Source of the DNA: Marsupella aquatica | Taxonomy: Eukaryota > Plantae > Marchantiophyta | Length of the DNA stretch: 64,000 bases | Reading direction: 5' to 3' | Assembly (NCBI GenBank): GCA_973895155.1 | Contig: OZ316894.1 | Coordinates: 7,092,234-7,156,233 of the forward strand | Shown: positions 51,100 through 63,386 of the stretch, one piece after another | Layout of the letters: each line of letters starts with the position of its first letter | Numbering within the stretch: position 1 is the first letter of the stretch | Position numbers and translations under genes: made by a program | Notes under the pieces: model-generated | Databases searched by the model: none | What the model saw: only the letters and a program-made list of their open reading frames with translations | Told to the model about the DNA's origin: nothing

Positions 51100-51540
51100 G
51101 AGCTGCAACGATGTAAGCTTTTCAGATTAAAAAATGTTTGCATCATCAAAAAGTGCTTTTCTAAAAGATGGGAGTATTGTATAGTTCTATAATCAAACGT
51201 AGAGCTGCAGTGATGTAAGCTTTTGAGATTGAATAACTATTTGAGATTACAAAAATGTTCCCATCCCGAAGAAGGGCGTTTCTAAAAGATGTGAGTAGTA
51301 CTGTACATTCCTGTAATCAAAAGTCAAAAACATCTACTATATTGGAACCAAAATTATCACAGGATTCTTGTCACATAGCTATCATATCACATAGCTTGAA
51401 TGATTCCTCTAGCACTTAGGTAGAAGTCCACGACACAATCCATGCCAGACCAAGTGGGTCCGCTAGTACCTACTATGTCATGCAGGAGGAATGAAATGCT
51501 AGACCAAGTGGGTCCGCTAATACTTACTATGTCATGCAGG
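51100..51540. repeat. Two small tandem duplications inside the CACTA (~102-bp at ~51100-51320; ~54-bp at ~51442-51540)
   Basis: GAGCTGCA..GATGTAAGCTTTT.AGATT..TTTCTAAAAGATG occurs twice; AGACCAAGTGGGTCCGCTA.TAC.TACTATGTCATGCAGG occurs twice. Confidence 0.8.
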
Positions 51541-54500
51541 CACAGCAGCAGCAGCAGGCCAAGAGCTTCCAAGTTCCAATGCTGAAAGGTTTCTATTAAA
51601 AGGTCATATATTGCAATCTGTGGGACCGAACTCTGACATTTGTAAAGAACAATTTTTAAGTCAGGTAAACTTAATTATTCCCAAGTATAGGGCGGTGACA
51701 ATTGCATTTTCCATGCTTAACCTGGCTAGTCTACATGTAGAATCATTATTCCCAAAAAATTCCACGGCAGTAGTAGTACGAAGCCAAAAAGGTTTCAAAG
51801 ATCTTGAGGGGAAAATAATCCAGATTGAGAATACAACGCGGAGCTTTGATCCTTCTCGGTTTTGTAATATCATAAAACACTGACTAAACTAATCTGCTCA
51901 CATAGAAATATGATCCGTTTCTACCAACACTGACCCCGAAAAGAGTATAAAGCCAGATTTCTTGCCTTCAAATTCTCAGACATTAAAATCAATCATATCT
52001 CTCATAATTGGAACTTATAGTAGTTTCCAATGTGTTTTCGTAGCCATCTGTCGGAACCGTTTTTGGCTTGTTGGCTGAATTGAGTGAGGCGCCGAACAAT
52101 AGACCAATAGTACGTAATTACTTGACTAGATGGGATTTAGTGAGGAATAGCTCCAGATACCATAGAATTGATCTGTACAATCTCACGCTAAATGCTAACG
52201 TTCAGATATATGACTGGCCAACTAGCAAATTAAGCAATAAACAATCAAAATCCGAGAGGCACTATAAGTTCTTGAATAGCCTTGGAATCAATACACGGTT
52301 AGAAACGTTGCTCCATAAATGCGGCTACCTCTGAAATGCAACAAAATCTATTCAACTGGGCTATTGGATTTTAGTTAGTGATGGACGTGTATGGCACTGC
52401 TTCTTGTGAAGACATACAAAATGACGGATTGCTTTTCAATATATGATTCATGTGCCAATTCTTCTTTCCTAAAATTCTTTTAATTAGCGAAAAAAGCTAA
52501 CATACCGTCTACAAAAGGGCTGGAAGTGCCGCTGCAAGCTGTGTCCTAGCTTGATCTGTTGCCAAAAAGTAGACCCGGAAGGCCTGCAATAATTGCAAGT
52601 GCTACGTCCTTTGCAGCCAAAGTGAGCCTGGAAGGCTTGCGATTGGAAGTGCTGCATCCTCGGCTGCTAAAATGAAACCAAAAGGCCTGTGACTAAAATT
52701 GTTGCATCCGTCCTTTGTCTCTACAATTGCAAATCTTGCTCTTGCCCAAAATTGTATATGCCTTGTCGACCTTGTAGCCCCGTCCTCCCCACTCAAAGGC
52801 TCTCAATCACAACTACCATCGAAAGCAAAGCAATCACAAAGGCATTCTTGTGATTTAGCTCCGACCGTTTGTGCCAATCAGGTTGTCAGCAATGCCACAG
52901 TATTGAAGTTGAGTGCGCCACTCTTCTTGGAGCCATCGTTTGTCTTGGCCAGACATTCTCCAGTCCAATAGTAGTCCTTGAGTGGGTCCTCCAGTCGATT
53001 ACCACCCTCGTTCATAATCCTACTGATCAATTAGAAAATTTCAATCAGCAAGGTTTGAATCAAACCGTGAACTCAACAACACTAACACAGTGTATTGCCC
53101 TGCGCCCTACCCCCAGGGCCCTACCATTCCATCAATTTGTCCAAAACAAGAATGATGTGTTAAAACGCTACAACACAATGAGTGACGAAGGCATTCAAGC
53201 CTGAACTTTCTGAACTGTCCGATCCATCCACTCAGCACCAACAATAGGATTATACAAAGACTAGTCACACTGAAGCAATACTCCCAATCCACTGTGCGCA
53301 ATGTTCACGTACAGCTACATCTGCTTGTTCTTTTCAGACCTTCCACAAATCTAGATCGAGAGCATCGCAAACCACCATCAATCCCTCCCCACGCTCTCAC
53401 AACTCTCCAACGGAAAGCTATGGCGGTCAGCGGCTGCTAAAGATGGGCATGAGGGACAATGTGCAGGAGGGAAGCGAGGTCACGCGGGAGGATTCAAATC
53501 CCTCTCACCAAGAACGTGCCCACGCCCCACCCCACCCGTGAAACCTACCCCAGACGGCCCCTGAACCTCCACTATGCCCAGAGTGTAGATTCAATAGCTT
53601 ACAAAAATATTTAATTTTATATTTTGAGTTACATAACCCCTACTTTTATGCAATGACATGTGGACCAATATAAAAATGACACATGTTTTTGTTGACTATG
53701 TCACACCTTTCCTTAGAAATAAAAATAAAATTTTGAATGGATATAATAAGGCTTTTGTATTGTAATATACTAATCCAAGGTTAATATAATCCCTTCATTC
53801 AAAAAAATGCATTATGATTATTACAGGCCAATAAAATATAAATTACCTTCATGCGTGCAGGGGGGCTTCAGTATCTTTGTTGGGGCCCAGGGAATGGGTT
53901 CTCTACATAAGTGCAAGCATTTCAGATAGTAGAGATGTTGTGTAAAGTGGAATATCTCCAAACAAAGCTTTATTTGTAGAGAAACATTTTGTCCATCTAC
54001 CAACTGAGTCACAAACAATTAAATTTCCCTCTTGTTCCTCATTATTATTGAAACTTTGTGGCAAAGGTTAGCAAAGGAGACACTAAAGTTTAACACTCTC
54101 AAATTTAGTATTAAGCTTGCCTTAACAAGTTAATGATGTTTTTGCTTTGTTTTTGCTTATTTATTAGTACGTCCTGGTACGTTAAGAACTTGATAGAAAC
54201 TCCCTACACTATGTTCATTTTGCAATAACCCAGGTGTAAGGCAGTTGATTTGTGGCCTTTGCTTTGTTTGTTTGGAGTATTAATATTGTTGACTATTGTC
54301 CTCATTCACCGCCCTAGTTAATCCATATTTCACCCATATTGTGGTGAATGGGACCATGGAGAAGAGGGGGCCAAAGGAAGACCAAAATTGGGACCAAAAT
54401 AGCCATTAGGTATTGTTAATGCATGAAATAGTTGGGTATTCAGCATCAATGACCCCATTTTCTGTCATTGTATGGAATTTATGACACAGCACACAAATGA

Positions 54501-54799
54501 GCCAATGAGGAACTGCATCCCTCCAAACAGAGCCTTTCCATTGTTTAGGGTTTAGGTTTACACTCTAAACTCTAAACACCTCTACCCCTAGCCCTGGCCA
54601 GTTGGGTCATTTTAACCTATTTCCTCAATGACAGCATGAGGGACTCCTCTAATGACCCCATTTTGGGTGATTTGGTACTCCCATATCATAATCACAATGA
54701 CATTATAGGAGGTCATTATTTGACATTTCTGACGTAGAATTGTTCACAAATGGCCCAATGAAGCACAAGTACCTCCAAAAAGAGAACCCCCATATCCCA

Positions 54800-57700
54800 A
54801 AGTGCAGGTTTATGCCACAACTAATGGATGGAGAATAGTATACAGTAGAGTGTACTGCACCCGGAGGCAGGTTCCCAGCTCTATGTAGTACCACATTTAT
54901 GACTCTAGGGGCCCGCCTCCAGCCCCTAGCTCAAACCTTGTCATTTGAGCTTCTTCTAATTAAATGACTCCACAAGGGACCAATGTAATGACCACAAGTC
55001 TGGTCATTTGACCTATATGACATCCTATATGACCGTTTCAATGACCCTATTTGTAGTCATTGGCATTTATGACACAACTTTGTTCCAAAATGACCTAATA
55101 AAGATTACACTACCTCCCAGAGTGCCCCGTCACAATTTATTTGCAAAATATCCCCAAAATATCATATCCCCCATCCAAACACCATCACAAACATGACATA
55201 GTTAAATAGAAGGACCACAACCTTCCATTGGTGTTGCGCTACCTCTTGGAGAGAGAAAACAAATGGCTCGATTTGCCTTTGCAAATGATGGTATTAATCC
55301 TTGGTGACACTTTTGGCAAATCACCTCAAAGTTGTACGACTTGGGAATGATTTCCCCAAGGTTGCATCATGCCTTAAGTAAACGTGAAAACATGTGTCCA
55401 AAATGTTCATGTAACTAACAACTAGTCGTTGGACAATGATGAGTATAGTGTCCCGCACCTAGTGGAGGGGTTACCATGTAGGGCCCCATGGCGGGCCTCA
55501 TGGCACATTGGGGCCCACCCAAAGTTCCTAGACCTAAAAGGGTCATTTCTACTGGTACATAATGACATCATGAGGGACCTGTCTAATGACCTCATATGCA
55601 GTCATTTTGTACAAATGACATCCAAAATGACTCCCAAAATGACCCTTAGTGCAGTCATTGGCACTAATGACACAACATTACTCCAAAATAACCCAATGAA
55701 GATTACAACACCTACTCACAATGCCCCGACACTATTCATATGCAAAATGGAGTATCCCCATCAAAACATCAACACAAAAATCACACACTTACATAGAAGG
55801 ACAACAACCTTCCATTGATTGGTGACATTGCTTTACTTCTTGGAGAGACAAAACAAAAGGCTCAATTTGCCATTGATAATGATGGTATTCAACCACGGTG
55901 ACACTTTTGGCAAATCACTCCAAATCTGTATGACTTGGGAGTGATTTCCCCAAGGTTCTATCATGCTTTAAGTAAACGCAAAAAGATGGCTCCAAAGTGT
56001 TCATGGCACAACTAGTGGTTGGACAATGATGATTATAGTGTCCCGCACCTAGTGGAGAGGTTGCCACCTTCATGCAAGGCCCCATGGCAGTCTAGGGCCC
56101 ACTTCCAATCCTTAGCACCAAACTGGTCATTTATGTTGGTCCATAATGACACTATGAGGGACCTCTATAATGACCACATATGCAGTCATTTGGTCCAAAT
56201 GACCTGCAATATGACTGCCAAAATGACCCTTACTATTGTCATTGGCTTTAATGAACACCATTACTCCAATATGACCTAGTGAAGATTACACTACCTGTTG
56301 GAGTGCCCCCTCACATTTCCTTTGCAATGGAATAGAATATTCCCCACCCAAACACTGGCATAGATATGACACAGTTAAATAGAAGGACAACAACCTTCCC
56401 CTAGTTTTGCCCTACCTCTTGGAGAACAAGAAAACAACTATTATTTCACATGGTGAGACTTTTGGCAAATCACTCCAAAGCCGTATGACTTGGGAGTGAT
56501 TTCCCCAAAGTTTCATCATGCCTTAGGTAAATGTAAAAATATGATTCAACATTAATTATGGTGCAACTAATGGTTGAAGAATAGTAAATATAATATCCCG
56601 CACCTAGTAGAGGGGTTTCCAGCCCCATGTGGGGCCACATGGCACTCTAGGGCCCACCTCCAGCACCTAGCCTCAAACTGGTCATTTATGTTTGTCTTCA
56701 ATGACTCCACAAAGGACCCCCTCAAATAACAACAAATCCCGTCATTTGACTTATATGACATTCCATATGACGGTTTCAATGGTCAACCCTATTTGTAATC
56801 ATTGGTATTTATGACATGTCATTCTTCACAAATGACCCAATGAAGGCCCTAGTACCCCTGGGCCCTAAGCGTTACTAATACAGGGAGGACGTGCGAACAT
56901 CGCAAGGGTATTTTTAATGTAATGCAAACTAATTTTTATAATAGTTTTTAAAGTAGGCAACATCCTTGTATATATATTCAGCACAATATTAGTAATAAGG
57001 CTCTTATCAAATACATGTCACATTAATCTTATGCAAGGGTACCCAAAATGCCAAGTACACGCGTCACTATATGGTTGGCACACATGTCATCACTTCACTT
57101 GCACACATGTTCATATAGTAAATCAGACATTTAATTATTTGTCGTCATAAGACAAGTTTGGTTTTGTGGGCTTTAGGAACACTGAGAGGATAGTGCAGCC
57201 ATGCTTGTCTTTATACTACAGGAAGAACTATAATTCTCTGGTACTAATTTTGTTTAACTATATAAAATATGTACCCTAAACAAAGGGCGTAACATACAAG
57301 TCCCCTATGCAAAATAAAGTCTTATCTATTTCAGTATGATATTTGCAATTTTAAAAATTCAAGGATGTTTTCAATTCCTTGAAAAACTATATTATAATTT
57401 ACAAAAGGATAAAATTTAATAGGAAAAGTTAATATTTTTACATTAACAAGGGGATTTTTTTTGTGAACAAAAATATTAAGAAGGGGTACATGGGGGGTGT
57501 CTGTTCTCAGGGGGGTTCACTTTATATAGTAAGAGTGAGGGCCCAGGGCCTAGTACCTCCAAAGAGAGCCCCCAATAGATTCCTTGCAAGGTTGGAATAT
57601 TCCTCTTTCCTAAACCCGCACCCACACCATACAGGGAAGCACGACTCCCCTGCCCATTCCATTGGTGCAGCACCACCTCTTGGAGAACCACAAAACAACC

Positions 57701-60135
57701 CTAAACCCCAAAGGTGCATCATGCCTTAAGTAAACACAAAAACATGTGTCCAAAGTGTTTATGTCGCAACTAGTGGTTGGACAATGATGAGTATAGTGTC
57801 CCGCACCTAGTGGAGGGGTTCTCACCTCTATGTGGGGCCCCATGGCACTCTAGGGCCCACCTCCAACCCCTAGCCCCAAAATGGTCATTTGTGCTTTTCC
57901 TTAATGACTGCATGAGGGACCCCTCAAATGACAATAATTCAGGTCATTCCGCTTATATGACATCCAATGTGACCATTTTAATGACCTTTGTTGTAGTAAT
58001 TGGCATTTATGACGGGCAATTGCTCACATATGACCCAATAAAGGCCCTAGTACCTCCAAAGAGAGCCAACTTTAGATTCCTTGCAAGGTTGGAATATTCC
58101 TATACCCTAATCCCGCACCCACACCATGTGGAGAAGCACCACTCCCCTGCCCATTCCATTGGTGCAACACTACCTCTTGGAGAACCAAAAAACAAGTTTT
58201 ATTTGCCTTTGGATGTGATGGTATACATCCATGGTTGCACTTTTGGCAAATCACTCCAAAGTCGTATGACTTGGGAGTGATTTCCCCAAAAGTGCATCAT
58301 GCCTCAAGTAAACGCAAAAACATGTGTCCAAAGTGTTTATGTCGCAACTAGTGGTTGGACAATGATGAATATAGTGTCCCGCACCTAGTGGAGGGGTTCT
58401 CACCTCTATGTGGGGCCCCATGGCACTCTAGGGCCCACCTCAAGCCCCTAGCCCCAAACTGGTCATTTGTGCTTTTTCTTAATGACTGCATGAGGGACCC
58501 CTCAAATGACCACATATCCAGTCATTTGACTGATATGACTCTCCATATGACATTTTTAATGACCCTACTTTTAGTCATTGGCATTTATGATGGGCCATTG
58601 CTCACATATGACCCAATAAAGGCCCTAGTACCTCCAAAGAGAGCCAGCTTTAGATTCCTTGCAAGGTTGGAATATTCCTATACCCTAATCCCGCACCCAC
58701 ACCATGCGGAGAAGCACCACTCCCCTGCCCATTCCATTGGTGCAGCACTACCTCTTGGAGAACCAAAAATATGTTTTATTTGCCTTTGGATGTGATGGTA
58801 TACATCCATGGTTGAACTTTTGGCAAATCACTCCAAAGTCGTACGACTTTCCCCAAAGGTGCATCATGCCTCAAGTAAACGCAAAAACACGTGTCCAAAG
58901 TGTTTATGTCACAACTAGTGGTTGGACAATGATGAGTATAGTGTCCCGCACCTAGTGGAGGGGTTCACCTCTATGTGGGGCCCCATGGCACTCTAGGGCC
59001 CACCTCAAGCCCCTAGCCCCAAACTGGTCATTTGTGCTTTTCCTTTTAATGACTGCATAAGGGACCCCTCAAATGACCACAAATCCAATCATTAGACTGA
59101 TATGACTCTCCATATGACAGTTTTAATGACCCTACTTTTAGTCATTGGCATTTATGACGGGCCATTGCTCACATATGACCCAATAAAGGCCCTAGTACCT
59201 CCAACTAGAGCCAGCTTTAGATTCCTTGCAAGATTGGAATATTCCTATACCCTAATCCCGCACCCACACCATACTGAGAAGCACGACTCCCCTGCCCATT
59301 CCATTGGTGTAGCACTACCTCTTGGAGAACCAAAAAACAACTTTTATTTGCCTTTGGATGTGATGGTATGCATACATGGTGACACTTTTGGCAAATCACT
59401 CCGAAGTCATACGACTTGGGAGTGATTTCCCCAAAGGTGCATCATGCCTGAAGTAAGTGCAAAAACATGTGTCCAAAGTGTTTATGTCGCAACTAGTGGT
59501 TGGACAATGATGAGTATAGTGTCCCGCACCTAGTGGAGGGGTTCTCACCTCTATGTGGGGCCCCATGGCACTCTAGGGCCCACCTCAAGCCCCCAGCCCC
59601 AAACTGGTCATTTGTGCTTGTGTTTAATGACTGCATGAGGGACCACACAAATAACCACAAGTCCAGTCACTTGACTTATATGACAGTCCATATGACAAAT
59701 TTAATTACCCTACTTGTAGTCATTGGTATTTGTAATGCAAATGTATTTAGAAATGACCCAATAAAGATTACACTAGCTCCTTGAATGCCCCATCACTATT
59801 TATTTGCAAATTAAAATATTCCCCATCCAAACACCGGCACAAACATGACACAATTACAACAAAGGATGACAACCTTCCATTGGTATTGCCCTACTTCTTG
59901 GAGAGACAAAAAAGTTTCATTTGCCTTTGGATACGGTAGTATGCGCGCATCTATATATGGTGACACTTATGGAAAATCACTCCAAAGGTGTATGACTTGG
60001 GAGTGATTTCCCCAAAGCTAGGTGCATCATGCCTAAAGTAAATGCAAGACATGTGTTCAAATTGCTAATGCCCCAACCAGTGGGAGGACAATGATGAGTA
60101 TTGTGTCCCGCACTTAGTGGAAGGGTTATCAACTA
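54800..60135. repeat. Tandem array of ~555-590-bp units inside the CACTA (about 8-9 units)
   Basis: Anchor GTCCCGCACCTAGTGGAG recurs near 55450, 56040, 56596, 57798, 58376, 58943, 59521 and 60105, with a degenerate copy near 54855. Confidence 0.92.
56856..57548. mobile_element. 693-bp AT-rich non-autonomous TIR element (MITE) inserted in the array
   Basis: Perfect 11-bp TIR CCCTGGGCCCT/AGGGCCCAGGG and 8-bp TSD CCTAGTAC. Removing it restores AAGGCCCTAGTACCTCC as in sister units. Confidence 0.9.
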
Positions 60136-60227
60136 TATCAATGACTCTACAATTATGACCGGTGTTTGGAATGACTATTGAGTATTTTAATCTTCATATC
60201 TCTTGGGTTCTTTAATGACTCTATAAG

Positions 60228-60650
60228 TAGTCATTTATGCAATAAGTCCATAATGACTATATGTTATTGTAAATATTGATATATCATGATTTTTAGATTG
60301 ACCCTATATTTAGTCATTTATGCAACAAGTCCATAATGACAGTATACTGTTGTAAACACCGATATATCCTAATTTCAAGTTTGACTCTAGAGTTAGTCAT
60401 TTATGAGAGAAGTCCATAATGACGGTATGTTCTTGTAAACACTGATATGTCCTAATTTCAAGATTGACCCTAGAGTTAGTCATTTATGAGATAAGTCCAT
60501 AATGACGGTATGTTCTTGTAAACACTGATATGTCCTAATTTCAAGATTGACCCTAGAGTTAGTCATTTATGGGAGAAGTCCATAATGACAATATGTTGTT
60601 GTAAACATTGATATATTCTCATTTTCAGATTGACCCTATATTTTGTCATT
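60228..60650. repeat. ~83-bp subterminal tandem repeat, 5 copies (right end of the CACTA)
   Basis: TAGTCATTTATG...AAGTCCATAATGAC..TATGTT.TTGTAAACA..GATAT...GATTGACCCTA recurs at ~83-bp period. Confidence 0.9.
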
Positions 60651-61040
60651 TAACACCGTTGGTTAAAATGACGGTAATACATTTTTTGTCATTTATCACC
60701 GTTGTCCAAAATGACTCAAATAGATTTTTGGTCATTTCAATCATTGTCCAGAGTGACTATAATGTTGTTAAACATTGATTTATCATTGTTGTTATTAATT
60801 GCGTCATTTAAGACATGTGTCTAAATTGACCATTTAGGGAAATTGGGTCATTTTGGTCACATCAGTCATTACAGACATTATACAAAATGACGCAAAAGTT
60901 AACATTTTGTCATTTCAGTCCGTTGGTCATTGTGGACAGTCATTCCCCTGTCATTCTTTTTGTGTCATTAAAAATTTTGGTCATTTATTCATCTCCGTCA
61001 TTGGGTGATTGGTCATAAAGGGCCCTGTTTTCTTCTAGTG

Positions 61041-61273
61041 TTCTCCACCTCAAACTTCACTCCTCCAAATCTAGCCATCTCCCTCTTCTTCCCAACTACC
61101 GACAACTCTGGTAGTAGTATAGCTTCCTCCACTGCATGCCGCACCGGTGATCGTACCGGTGTTACCAGTTCTTCCTCAAACGGTAGCAGCTCCTCCTCAG
61201 ACTCACCGTCTGACCGTCGCGATCCTGAAGCTCCACCGACCCCAATTCTTCCATTATCCTTCGAGTCACTCAT
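61041..61273 (-). pseudogene. Copia gag N-terminus (continues at 48292 after removing the CACTA)
   Basis: ..MARFGGVKFEVE joins in frame to KYDGHTDYLLWEKQVKGVL across the TSD. Confidence 0.88.
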
Positions 61274-63047
61274 ATGAAACAATCACAAAAAAACGTCTTT
61301 TTTTCGAAACTTCTCATAAAACTCAAAACTCAACACCGCCGCGTAGCCCACAAAGCTAGGAATCCAATACTGAAAGCCGAATTCAAAATCAAAATTTGAC
61401 GGAAAAGTTATTCAAATTTCGGTCGGGGTGGGCAAAACCTTGGGAAACTCCCCCGTTTTGACCACCTTGGAGAATAACCAAAATACCCAATACAATCCGT
61501 TGTCGGAATCGCGATGTGATTGGTGCGCCGCGTTGCTAACTCCAGTGGCAACGTCCTCATCGAAAAAGAATAAAAAAAGTTACCATTCGGCGGAAGAAAT
61601 CTTTGTCGGACAGCCAAAAAACAACTCTCTATTTTTTTTGGGAATATTCTTGCATAGTTTGACAGGTCTCACAGGGGGCCGTTCCCCCTATCAGAGCGGT
61701 TAAAACAGAGGGCGATAGGTCCCGACTCAAGGAGAACAAAGGGGAGGAAAGAATGGCTAAAAATAGGCCATAAAGGGGGTCCAAACGCCCCTTAGCAAAA
61801 AATACGCTCAAAAACGTGCATCTGCGTCGCGTGACGCGAGGCGGGCCAGGGAGTATTCGTGTATCGGGCCGCGCATTTACAAGGCATATGGCCGTGTATA
61901 TCTAAGGCATGTCTGCAGCTGCGTCGTGCGAAGCAGGAGGCGGGCGCTGCAGGGCCGGCCAAAGGGAGGGCGACGGGGGGCGCTGGGGCGCGATTAAAAT
62001 GGCCAAGGCGGGTGAGGCTTGAAGCAGGAGCGGGGGCGTGGGGTCGTGACCCTAAGGCAAGGTAGGGTCACCGGCGGGAGGAAAACAAAAGAGGCCGGTG
62101 CGGGCTAGGTGCGAGAGGGATGCAGCTGCCGAGCGACTGCAAACGCGCCGGCCGGCGATGCGCAAGGCGCCGCTGCGCCATGAAAAATGGGAGTGCGAAG
62201 GGGGGGGCAGGCAAATACCAGTATACAGGGCCGGGGGTATCGGGGTGTCGGGGAGGAGGGGGGGAGTTCAGGTGTGTGTATACACACCCAAATACACACA
62301 CAAGTCCCCCCTTTAGACCCCCTTAAGTGGAAAAATTAACCCTAAAATGACACATGCCGATTACTCACCTCTTAGCTACTGTTTCTCGCAAGAAAAGTGA
62401 ACAACGTCGATGGGAAATGTTGCCGAATTGCACCGACATAGTCTGTAGCTCCAGCAGAGTAAAAACTTTCCGCCGCGTCGCCTTCACTCCGCGTCAAGTG
62501 CCAATCCCAGGCTCAAAACGACCGCCTCACCGTGATCAAACCGTTGAGCCGTGGCACTCCACGTTTCTTCCACCGAGTCAGTCGTTACGAAGAGAAACCC
62601 GGTCCAGATGGGAACAAGCTCCATAGCTTGTGAGAAAACCTGAACGCCTCCGTCACTCGTCACGTCACACTCGGTAACAACTCGACACCAATCCAGCTAC
62701 CGAAACGATCGACCAGCTCGCTTCAACCTTCAACTTGAGCTATAATGTGTGATCCCTCCCACACCGCATGGCTCACACCGTTGAAAAACGCGATCTCTGG
62801 TCTCTCCCCCAAAAAGCCGTCGAACACGAATAAAACTTGAATGACGCAAACTTCAATTCCTTCGCACCACGGATACCGATCAGCGAGTTCTAACCACCGT
62901 TAGAATGCCCTCTCACTAACCTATCCGCACAGCCACACACATTCGAGTTTCATGCGACGAAACTCCAAATGTACCATCGACAATGAACGCTGGAAAAACC
63001 CGTCACGAAAAAACCTCGTCACCTCCCAGGCATGCTCTGATACCACT

Positions 63048-63386
63048 TGTTGAGCATAGACGACATTCGTAACGGCAAGCCCATGAACCATCCAACGCAC
63101 AATAGTTGACACAGAGAGATACGTGGTTCACCTCCACATGAGGCTACGTCCATGGGAACACACAAGAGCTTTATTGCACTCTAGGCCGACCGGCGATACC
63201 AAGCATCCACAGCACAAGCTCTCCCTATCTCTCAACTAGCTCCGTAACAATGAGCCTAAGTTCCACCAGGGTCTGGCATCAGCCCTGGCTATATACACAA
63301 CAGCACTACCGCTAACATTAGCCTTAACCCGAGTTAGACTAACTGTGGTTAGCTCATGAGTCACAAGACTAGAGCAATATCTAACA
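63048..63386 (-). repeat. 5' LTR (339 bp)
   Basis: TG..CA ends, adjacent PBS; minus-strand TATATA and AATAAA present. Confidence 0.95.

Larger units (their letters stand above)
48293..61040. mobile_element. Non-autonomous CACTA (En/Spm) transposon, 12,748 bp
   Basis: Termini CACTAGTACAAAAATGGGTTCTTTATGACC and GGTCATAAAGGGCCCTGTTTTCTTCTAGTG, with a 3-bp TSD TTC (48290-48292, 61041-61043). Dense ATGAC/GTCAT subterminal motifs; no transposase ORF seen. Confidence 0.95.
43794..63386 (-). mobile_element. Degenerate Ty1/copia LTR retrotransposon (Tnt1/Tork-like), interrupted by a CACTA element
   Basis: LTRs at 63048-63386 and 43794-44056 (TG..CA), TSD AACCT on both sides, PBS TGGTATCAGAGC (63034-63045, initiator Met tRNA) and PPT 44057-44069. 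Domain order is gag, knuckle CWNCGKPGHMKRDC, protease WILDSAC, integrase, RT (LYGLKQSPRQW) and RNase H (KHIDIRYHF). Multiple stops and frameshifts. Confidence 0.96.

Noticed and set aside
55429-59784. Repeated ORFs MDNDEYSVPHLVEG.. as a tandem gene family
   Set aside because: They start at TTG, vary in length and frameshift between units; they are a by-product of the satellite.
54800-60650. CRISPR-like or rDNA array
   Set aside because: Whole units are homologous, with no unique spacers and no rRNA motifs; the context is a eukaryotic TE.
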